64,000 nucleotides of DNA. It comes from Deltaproteobacteria bacterium ADurb.Bin151 (GTDB lineage: Bacteria > Desulfobacterota > Syntrophia > Syntrophales > Smithellaceae). Positions 56,902 to 64,000 of the stretch are shown piece after piece. Positions within the stretch are counted from its first letter, which is position 1; each line of letters starts with the position of its first letter. The notes under the pieces are model-generated. The model was not told the DNA's origin. It saw nothing but the letters and a program-made list of their open reading frames with translations, and did no database searches. Made by a program: the position numbers and the translations under genes. The stretch spans positions 240-64,239 of the forward strand of contig MWDG01000001.1 in NCBI GenBank assembly GCA_002070455.1, in the 5' to 3' direction.

Positions 56902-58329
56902 TTATACAGGCAGGCTCAGAATGGCCCGGGTTCCTCTGCTTTCACGGTTCTCCAAAAGAATATCGCCACTATGGAGAGAGGCCACTTGACGAACGAAATT
57001 CAAGCCCAGCCCTGTGCTTTTTTTCCCTGTTTCCGGCCTTTGGAGGGAATAAAATTTATCAAATACCTTATCAATGGCGTAATCGGGAATGCCGGGGCCG
57101 TGATCTTCAATGATAATTTTTACACTTCTGCCTTCCAGCCGGCCGGTGATGCGGATTTCTTCGTTTTTTCCGCTGAAGTCAACCGCGTTTTGGACGAGAT
57201 TGGCCAGGGCCTCATGCAACAGGAATTTATCCCCGGAAATCATGATTTCCGATGGTACTTCACAATGAAGGTCAAGTCCCTTGCGTTTCAGCAGCGGCTG
57301 TTTGCTTTCCAGCACTTCGGACAGAAGGGACCGCAGATTCACTTTTTCAATCGCTTGGAGCATTTTGAGATTTTCCAGCGCTGAAAGGGCCAGCAGCCGT
57401 TCAACGATATCATTGATCCGGCCGGCTTCATTGCGGATGTTGGCCAGGAATTTTGCCTGCTGCTCGGGCGGCATTTTTTCCTCCAGAAGCTCCGCCGCGG
57501 CGACAATAGCAGACAGGGGACTTTTTACCTCATGTGTCAGTGTCTGGATGTACTGCTCCACGTATTTTTTCCCCTCAAGGGTGGTTTTCATTTTTTCAAA
57601 TGCTTTTCCCATTTCACCGATTTCCGTGGCATCCAGTCTGGGGATATGAACGTTCTTTCCTTCCCCGATATCATTGGCATACCTTGTCAGGCGTTTGATG
57701 GGCAGTGTGATCCACCAGGACGCCAGCAGGCTCAGAAGGACCGCGGCAAGCATTGAAACGGATACCACCCTGTAGAATTCGGGTTTAAAATTCTCGATAA
57801 AATTGTTGATATTGGTTGTCGGTTTGGCAACCGTCAAAACTCCTGCGATGTCACCGCGGACGTAGATGGGAGCGCCGACATAAAGAATGGATGACTTCGG
57901 ATCTTCAAGGCTTGCCCTTGTGGAACGAGCTCCATATGCCCCTTCCAGCGTCAGGCGGACATCCCGCCATTTTGTGAAATCGGCGCCCACGTTATTCCTG
58001 TTTTGAGCATCAAAGAGCACCCTGCCGTTTTTGTCTGTGATATAGATGTTCATGTCCACATTTGTTTTGTCAAATTCATAGATTCTGGCGGACAACCGCC
58101 GGCGATAAACACTGTCAAATACCTGATACAAGCTCTCGCTGCTGAATTGCTTTGTTTCCATATCGCGGCCTACCATTGTTGCAAGAATGTTGGCCTGGTC
58201 CACAAGAGGATCTTCCACTCCTTCCAGGTAACGGAAACGGACTTTGTCTTTCATCCAGTTTACCGAATAATAAAAGCAGGCCGAGAAAATGATCAGGTAA
58301 CAAACAAAAATGCGGATGCCGATTTTCAT
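56902..58329 (-). CDS. CreC-like two-component sensor histidine kinase
   Basis: 475 aa. N-terminal TM, periplasmic domain, second TM/HAMP. HisKA LTHEVKSPLSAI. HATPase blocks NLVQNAVDF, DHGPGIP, GLGLNFV. Length and N-terminus resemble E. coli CreC. Confidence 0.75.
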   Translation of the reverse strand: MKIGIRIFVCYLIIFSACFYYSVNWMKDKVRFRYLEGVEDPLVDQANILATMVGRDMETKQFSSESLYQVFDSVYRRRLSARIYEFDKTNVDMNIYITDKNGRVLFDAQNRNNVGADFTKWRDVRLTLEGAYGARSTRASLEDPKSSILYVGAPIYVRGDIAGVLTVAKPTTNINNFIENFKPEFYRVVSVSMLAAVLLSLLASWWITLPIKRLTRYANDIGEGKNVHIPRLDATEIGEMGKAFEKMKTTLEGKKYVEQYIQTLTHEVKSPLSAIVAAAELLEEKMPPEQQAKFLANIRNEAGRINDIVERLLALSALENLKMLQAIEKVNLRSLLSEVLESKQPLLKRKGLDLHCEVPSEIMISGDKFLLHEALANLVQNAVDFSGKNEEIRITGRLEGRSVKIIIEDHGPGIPDYAIDKVFDKFYSLQRPETGKKSTGLGLNFVRQVASLHSGDILLENRESRGTRAILSLPV

Positions 58330-59006
58330 AAATTTTCTTTCAGGGAATATCCGGCTCCCCGATGGGTGATGATCGGTTCAATGTCCGGTTCAATCGATTT
58401 TAATTTTGCCCGCAGATTTTTGACGTGCGCGTCCACGGTCCTGTCCATGCTGGCTTCCGGGACGTCCCAGGCGAGGTCCATTAATTGACTGCGGGAATAA
58501 ACGTGCCCGGGTCTCCTGATAAAAGTGGTCAGAATCCGGTATTCGTAATTGGACAAATCCAGCGGTTTGCCAAAATAGGTGATTTGCCGTTTTGATTCAT
58601 TAACCTGGAAAGTGTGGGAACCTGATTCAGGAGATAGGCCTGTTTTGGAACGCCTTAGAATTGCTTTGATTCTCGCGGAAAGCTCGCGCGGGCTGAAGGG
58701 TTTTACAACATAGTCATCCGCGCCGATTTCCAGGCCGACGACGCGGTCGATTTCTGTTGTTCTTGCCGTCAGAAACAGGATCGGTGTATCACTGATTTTC
58801 CGGATTTCCCTGCAAAGATCAAATCCATTGATATCCGGCAGCCCCACATCCAGGACGATCAGATCAATCCTCTCGCTTTGCAGCAGGGGCAGAACCGGAC
58901 TGCCCTCGGAGAGGCTCAGGGTTTCAAAGCCGTCTGTTTCCAGCACATAACGGATCGCGTCTGCGATGGCCGGTTCGTCATCCACGATAAGAATTTGCAA
59001 TTTCAT
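58326..59006 (-). CDS. CreB-like OmpR-family response regulator
   Basis: 226 aa. ILIVDDEPAIADAI, LDVGLPDINGFDLCREIR, FLTARTTEIDRVVGLEIGADDYVVKPFSPREL. 4-nt overlaps with both neighbouring genes. Confidence 0.8.
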   Translation of the reverse strand: MKLQILIVDDEPAIADAIRYVLETDGFETLSLSEGSPVLPLLQSERIDLIVLDVGLPDINGFDLCREIRKISDTPILFLTARTTEIDRVVGLEIGADDYVVKPFSPRELSARIKAILRRSKTGLSPESGSHTFQVNESKRQITYFGKPLDLSNYEYRILTTFIRRPGHVYSRSQLMDLAWDVPEASMDRTVDAHVKNLRAKLKSIEPDIEPIITHRGAGYSLKENL

Positions 59007-59791
59007 AAATTCCGCCCGGGTTCCTGTTTCGGTTTGGCTGACCTATAGCATATTACCAGAAGAAACATCATTACAAAAAGGAAAAAACTGACAATCAGGA
59101 CATACATGGCATGCTCCCGAAATAAAGAGGGATTCTTGATGTGCGCCTGATTCATAACGGGCAGGGCGAGCACGATGAAGAGATACCAGAAAAGAGGGAC
59201 CAGGCAGGAGACGAAAATGCTTTTATGGTTGTCGCGTTTATTTTCTCGTTTACCCGTGTCAAAGTGCCGGCCTGATGAGATTTTTTGAACGCAAAAATAG
59301 AGGAAGCACAGGCAGACGAAATAAATGGCAATACCGGCGAGGCGATGGATATTCGCAGGCGTCATCATGGAGAAGTAGATGTCAGCTCGGTAAAGATAAA
59401 TAGAAAGGATGATGCGCAGACTGTTCGTGCAGACCGTCATGCCATAGGCAGCGGCAAAACCGGCCATCAGGTAAAGCGTTAAATATTGTTTGCGGTTTGT
59501 CGAACAAACAAGCGAAATGGTCAACATGCAAAATGCGGCAATCATGAAATTAATGCCGGAACATCCCGGAATGATCGCAATACGCTGATGGACGCTTACG
59601 TATCCGATGTTTTGCTCCTTCATGAACTGCTCTCCGGTCAGGGCTTCAACAAGGGATGCAGTAGGGCCGAGAATCCATTGGAGATCTTCGCTTGTGGACT
59701 GGCTGTATGTGTATTTCAGCCCTGCTGCAATGAATAAGACCAGCAGACAGTAAATAATTTTTCCTGTGTTCATCCGGTTCAACATTCTCAT
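59003..59791 (-). CDS. Exosortase/archaeosortase-family integral membrane protein
   Basis: 262 aa, polytopic. Contains the family's Cys motif IIPGCSGINFM and the downstream NSLRI Arg motif, plus ANIHRLAG. Sits directly downstream of a PEP-CTERM protein. Confidence 0.7.
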   Translation of the reverse strand: MRMLNRMNTGKIIYCLLVLFIAAGLKYTYSQSTSEDLQWILGPTASLVEALTGEQFMKEQNIGYVSVHQRIAIIPGCSGINFMIAAFCMLTISLVCSTNRKQYLTLYLMAGFAAAYGMTVCTNSLRIILSIYLYRADIYFSMMTPANIHRLAGIAIYFVCLCFLYFCVQKISSGRHFDTGKRENKRDNHKSIFVSCLVPLFWYLFIVLALPVMNQAHIKNPSLFREHAMYVLIVSFFLFVMMFLLVICYRSAKPKQEPGRNL

Positions 59792-59818
59792 TCTTCCCCC
59801 TTGCTGAAAAATTTGGAT

Positions 59819-61825
59819 CTAACTGCGGTTCTCTGCTGATCTACGCATTTGTTTAAGCGCAGCAGACAGGACGATCAGAAAGGCCATGAGGATCAGCAGA
59901 TAAAACTCCGGTTCGGGCGCGTTTAGCATCCCGCCCCCCACGGCAAATTCGGACACGCCGGCAGGCAGCGACAGGGGCTGCCTGATATCCCTGCTTTGAG
60001 CTTCGGGATTGCGTACAACTTCATGGACGGCAACAAACGATGTATGGGCTGTGAGCAGATTGTACCGCATGCCGAGATTCACAATCTCTTCCTTATTGCC
60101 GTTCTCTCCGTAAGCAGTGTTAAAATCTGATAGAAAGGAAAGTTTTTTCCTTGCCCATAATTGTCGGAGTGCGGCATTTTTATCTGAAGGTCCGGTGGAG
60201 GCAAGATCCAATGACTGGGAATAGCTGTTGTTGCCATTTTGGCCGGTGATGGTGATTCTTCCCTCAGGATTTCCACGCCATTTGCCGATCAGAGCGACCG
60301 GCCGTTCGGCAAACATATCCGGAATTTTTTCCGGTTCGACGTCATAGGCCTGAAATCCTTCAAAAGACACGCCAATGCCGGTCAAAAGAGGCGATGCAAT
60401 ATAGTTTCGGAATTTTTCAGCCGCTGCTGCCGCCCCCTCCTGCCTGGTGACAACAAAAGGCTCACCCTGTCCGGCATGCGCGATGCCTTCAATCAGGTAC
60501 CGGTTGACACTGCTTCCGATGCCAAAAGAAAAGAAATTGGTATTGTTGAGACTCTGCCGGATGAGCCGCAGGGCTTCCTTTTCCGCTGAAATATATCCGT
60601 CCGTCACCAGAATGACTGAACGGGAAACATTCGCCTTTCGGGGGATCGAAACGGCCGTCTTGAGTGCTTCAGAAAGTTCCGTTCCGCCGCTGCCCTGCTG
60701 CCCGTCTATTAAACGAATGGCCTGGTCAATGTTTTCTTGGCTGGCTGATACAGACACCGGCGACATAGTGACCGAACGGCCCGAGAAAAGAACAACGTTA
60801 AACCGGTCTGTGGGACGGAGTCCGCTGATCAGATTTTGCAGAAGTCTCTTGGAGATATCAAGAGGGAAGCCATACATGGACCCGGAAACATCAACCACAA
60901 AAATATACTCGCGTGCGGGAATGTCGGAGGTCCTGATATGATGCGGAGGTTGAACCATCAGTAAAAAGAAATTTTCGTCTTCTCCCCGGTATAACATCAA
61001 ACCGGAATGAATTTTTTTGCCCGTCAGGCGGTACTTCAAAATGAAGTCCCTGTTGCCGCTGTCGGCTTCGGACTCGTCAAGGGTGACCGATGCCGTATTT
61101 CTTTCCGGCCAGACAGTTCTGATTTTGTGCGTAACGCATGCAATGTCTTCCACCGGGACGCCGCCGGTGATGTCGACCGCAATATTGAAAGCGGATGTAG
61201 GTTTATTGCCTTCTTTCAGATAGGGACTTTTCACCCACTTGTCGGATTCCGGAGCAGCAGCTTCCGGAGTATTTGAATAGCGTGGACCGACGACTGTCGG
61301 ATAAACGAATTCGTAAATACCTGCCGTCGGTATGAGCAGTTCGGTATATCGCAGTTCAATCTCAACCCTGTCGCCGGGCAGGATATTGGCCACGCTCATG
61401 GTGAAGACATTCGGTCTTTCCTGGTCGAGAAGAGAAGCGCTTTTCCCTTCCTTTTTGGCCTTTTCAAAAGTCTGCCGGGCAGCCTTTCTTTCCTGAATTC
61501 TGGCGGTAATGAGTTGATTCCCGATTTTCATTTTCATCCCATAAACCGCCGCCTGTGTGGATGCGGGAAAAACATAGCATGCGTTAATCGGTTGTGAACC
61601 CTCATTGACATAATGCTGGGTCACCATAACATCGGCAATGATGCCGCTGATGCGAACATCGGCTTTTGTTTTTTTCAGCGGGAACCGATCAACGGATGCA
61701 TCGCCTCCTGTCACAACAAAGTAAGGCGATAGAGTCTTATCACTGTCCTGACCCGCAAAACCGGCATACGGGAAAAGAGTGAACAGCACAGTAAACGATA
61801 AAATAAGCCTGAAAATTACTCTCAT
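59819..61825 (-). CDS. Secreted VIT-domain plus von Willebrand factor A-domain protein with a PEP-CTERM-type sorting signal
   Basis: ATG 61825 (MRVIFRLILSFTVLFTLFPYAGFA signal peptide) with GAGGAGG 7 nt upstream. VIT block FPLKKTKADVRISGIIADVMVTQHY. vWA MIDAS FVVDVSGSM. C-terminus GGGMLNAPEPEFYLLILMAFLIVLSAALKQMRRSAENRS. Confidence 0.8.
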   Translation of the reverse strand: MRVIFRLILSFTVLFTLFPYAGFAGQDSDKTLSPYFVVTGGDASVDRFPLKKTKADVRISGIIADVMVTQHYVNEGSQPINACYVFPASTQAAVYGMKMKIGNQLITARIQERKAARQTFEKAKKEGKSASLLDQERPNVFTMSVANILPGDRVEIELRYTELLIPTAGIYEFVYPTVVGPRYSNTPEAAAPESDKWVKSPYLKEGNKPTSAFNIAVDITGGVPVEDIACVTHKIRTVWPERNTASVTLDESEADSGNRDFILKYRLTGKKIHSGLMLYRGEDENFFLLMVQPPHHIRTSDIPAREYIFVVDVSGSMYGFPLDISKRLLQNLISGLRPTDRFNVVLFSGRSVTMSPVSVSASQENIDQAIRLIDGQQGSGGTELSEALKTAVSIPRKANVSRSVILVTDGYISAEKEALRLIRQSLNNTNFFSFGIGSSVNRYLIEGIAHAGQGEPFVVTRQEGAAAAAEKFRNYIASPLLTGIGVSFEGFQAYDVEPEKIPDMFAERPVALIGKWRGNPEGRITITGQNGNNSYSQSLDLASTGPSDKNAALRQLWARKKLSFLSDFNTAYGENGNKEEIVNLGMRYNLLTAHTSFVAVHEVVRNPEAQSRDIRQPLSLPAGVSEFAVGGGMLNAPEPEFYLLILMAFLIVLSAALKQMRRSAENRS

Positions 61826-62122
61826 GATATATCCTCCTCGATCAATTGGTTTCCAATGGTTTTGGCCCATCGTTGGAAGTTAAGATAAACGGTGATTGTG
61901 AAGTGGTGATGAACGCAAAAAGAAAAATATGTGAAAAATGCTGTTCCATTTGATTCTCACCGTGGAAGTGGATCAAAGGTTGACTAATCTCGAAGAATAT
62001 GTGAAATAATCATTAATGTTGATGGTCATGTTTTTGAATTCCCGGCAGTCGCAAGCAGTAAAACGCAAAAGAACCAACATTCATAACATTGAAAAAAAGT
62101 AACCCGGAATGAAAATTTCATA

Positions 62123-62896
62123 ATGATGAATAAGAAAATAAAAATAGGCATTTTTGGCTTTGGTAAAACAGGCAGGCTGGTTACCAATGAATTTCTACAA
62201 GATAGGAATTTTGATGTTGTCTGGGTTGCAAGAAGGACCTTAAAAGATCATTATAAATTTGCCAGTCATCTGCTTGGCTATGAATATGAAAGAGGTGCAA
62301 TTTATTCGATCGCTGACATTGATGAAAGTTTTTTCAAAAATCATTTTGTCGACATTATTGTTGATTTCTCAAGTGCGAAAGGAGTTTATTCCTATCAGGC
62401 TGCGGCAGGGGAGGGAATAAAAATCATTTCTGCAATATCAAAATATAACCCGGAAGATATTCAATTGCTTGAAAGCCTGAAGAACGATACGGCCGTTCTA
62501 TATTCGCCGAATATTACGCTGGGTGTGAATTTTCTGTTAATCGCTTCTCAGATCCTGCAAAAAATTGCACCGCATGCCGACATTGAAATTGTTGAGGAAC
62601 ATTTCCGCGACAAAAAAGAAACATCCGGCACGGCGCTGAAAATAGCCAACATTTTGGGATTAGAAAAGGACAGGCATGTCAATTCCATCCGGGTTGGTGG
62701 AATTGTCGGAAAGCATGAAATCATCTTTGGCCTTCCCAATCAGACCATTCGTCTGATCCATGAAAGTTTTAATCGTGCCGCATTCGGACAAGGTGCGATT
62801 TTTGCCGCAAACTGGCTGATCCAAAAGAAAAAAGGCCTTTTTACGATGGAAAATATTATCATAGACATGTTTCAAAAGAATATACCGGTCTGCTGA
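62123..62896 (+). CDS. DapB-family (4-hydroxy-tetrahydrodipicolinate reductase-like) paralogue
   Basis: 257 aa. IGIFGFGKTGR (Rossmann), SPNITLGVNFL, EIVEEHFRDKKETSGTALKIA (compare the DapB signature E-x-HH-x-x-K-x-D-A-P-SGTA), GIVGKHEIIFG. Confidence 0.7.
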   Translation: MMNKKIKIGIFGFGKTGRLVTNEFLQDRNFDVVWVARRTLKDHYKFASHLLGYEYERGAIYSIADIDESFFKNHFVDIIVDFSSAKGVYSYQAAAGEGIKIISAISKYNPEDIQLLESLKNDTAVLYSPNITLGVNFLLIASQILQKIAPHADIEIVEEHFRDKKETSGTALKIANILGLEKDRHVNSIRVGGIVGKHEIIFGLPNQTIRLIHESFNRAAFGQGAIFAANWLIQKKKGLFTMENIIIDMFQKNIPVC

Positions 62897-63193
62897 TTTT
62901 GCAGATTAAGACCACTGATCATTACAGCCCGTCTGAAATAACCTGATAAAAATAACCTTGACTCATTGATTCGTGTGTGTTTTATTTTAAAAGTTAGTTA
63001 TATAAATTACTTAAGATCGTTCAGCGGTTTTATTTTTCTTTCGATAAGGGCTGAACGGGTGTGAAAGGCAATATTCAGGATAATAACCTGGCTGAAAAAC
63101 ATGAGAGAGGCACCCGCATGGATCGATCTGATGATCTGATCTTGAAGTTCTTTATGATGAGAAGTGTTGTCAATAACCAGAGGATGTTTTGTT

Positions 63194-64000
63194 ATGAGTA
63201 GCATGCAAAGCAATTCCGAAATTTCCGATCTGCAGGAGATCCTCAGACTGCAACAGGGATTGCAGGACATTACCGACTGCATCAATGCTGCGCAGAACGT
63301 AAAACAGATCATTCTGGATTCCCGGCCTCTGATTCTCAAGCTGTTCAATGTCGAAGCAGCTCATATTTACGTTGTAAACAGCAAGAACAAGACAGAAATA
63401 TACACTTATGTTCTTGCGGGTGATCAGGTAAAAGAAAGAAAGACAGAAGTCAGCAATCAAACCATCCCCGGTTATGTTGCGAATACCGGCAGGATGATTA
63501 ATATTTCCGATTTCAGCAATAATCTGCAGATCAACAAGTACTCAGACCTTCTGCTTGATTCAAACACGGATTCGAGATTCGGCGTACAAGTGAAACATAT
63601 TCTGGCAATGCCGGTTGTTTATGGCGGTGAAGTTCTGGGCGCCATTGAAGTTATCAACAAAAAGGGCAAGGAGGAACAGTTTTCAGATGATGAACCGGTG
63701 TTGCTGCAGGAAATTGTGGATGTGCTGGGTGTCGCACTTTACAATCAGCAACGGGTGGATCCCCGGGCAAAAAAATCAAAATTCAGTTATCTTGTTTCAA
63801 ACGGCCTGATTACGGAGGAGCAATTAAATCTGGTAAAAGAGGAATCCAGGGCATCCGGTGATTCGTTTGAGAATATATTAATGAATAAATACAATGTGCC
63901 TAAAACTGAAATCGGTCAATCCCTCGAGTATTTCTATCAATCCCGTTTTATTTCGTTTGATCCGAACACGCCCATTCCGGGTGATCTTCTGAAAAATCTG
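63194..64000 (+). CDS. GAF-domain protein continuing into a GspE/PilB N-terminal (T2SSE_N/MshEN-like) domain; partial, runs off the window end
   Basis: Absent from the ORF track (no stop in the window). ATG 63194: MSSMQSNSEISDLQEILRLQQGLQDI...IPGYVANTGRMINISD...ILAMPVVYGGEVLGAIEVINKKG (GAF), then YLVSNGLITEEQLNLVKEESRASGDSFENILMNKYNVPKTEIGQSLEYFY (T2SSE_N-like). Confidence 0.7.
   Translation, partial: MSSMQSNSEISDLQEILRLQQGLQDITDCINAAQNVKQIILDSRPLILKLFNVEAAHIYVVNSKNKTEIYTYVLAGDQVKERKTEVSNQTIPGYVANTGRMINISDFSNNLQINKYSDLLLDSNTDSRFGVQVKHILAMPVVYGGEVLGAIEVINKKGKEEQFSDDEPVLLQEIVDVLGVALYNQQRVDPRAKKSKFSYLVSNGLITEEQLNLVKEESRASGDSFENILMNKYNVPKTEIGQSLEYFYQSRFISFDPNTPIPGDLLKNL

Noticed and set aside
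63007-63460. Reverse-strand ORFs of 113 and 96 aa near the window end
   Set aside because: They overlap the + strand GAF/GspE-N reading frame (63194 to the window end), which has recognisable domain sequence. The minus-strand products have none.

Overview
This 64-kb window looks like chromosomal core sequence, mid-40s % GC by eye. The protein set suggests a Desulfobacterota (Desulfobacterales-like) genome, but the taxon is inference only.

I can support about 58 protein-coding genes. Two of them are absent from the ORF track because they run off the window edges: comp. 1-1376 and 63194-64000. I recognise no rRNA, tRNA, CRISPR array, transposase, integrase or phage genes.

Gene blocks, left to right:
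- PAS sensor (partial)
- mepK-like/ldtD-like peptidoglycan pair
- mutY
- prpE
- lepB and a flavodoxin
- gap-pgk-tpiA
- a eukaryote-type 6-phosphofructo-2-kinase/fructose-2,6-bisphosphatase homologue
- a run of small enzymes (DUF1330, DUF2147, cupin, tautomerase)
- RCK K+ channel
- blc
- multi-PAS GGDEF cyclase
- acyl-CoA dehydrogenase
- leuS-lptE, followed by a GT2/HIT-like fusion and an M15 peptidase
- TetR with hbd and thiolase
- three tandem Hsp20 genes, divergent from gmhA-grpE-dnaK
- surE
- nucleotide-sugar dehydrogenase, Usp, MORN protein
- GpsA-like gene and a CoA-transferase/GNAT fusion
- LbH-glmM-nagB-like operon
- nrpR-like gene with gdhA
- a four-gene operon: VIT-vWA PEP-CTERM protein, exosortase, CreB-like regulator, CreC-like kinase
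- dapB paralogue
- GAF/GspE-N protein (partial)

Most worth a second look:
1. The exosortase plus single VIT-vWA cargo plus CreBC-like operon.
2. A family of phased 7-8-nt degenerate tandem-repeat arrays that start at or within a few nt of stop codons. Five arrays are present, and two form long hairpins.
3. The GT-A/GT2/HxHxQ-HIT triple-domain fusion, coupled to a leaderless M15 peptidase behind leuS-lptE.
4. The bacterial PFKFB-type enzyme divergent from gap-pgk-tpiA.
5. The archaeal-type NrpR homologue next to gdhA.

All functional calls come from reading the translations. No database search was run.
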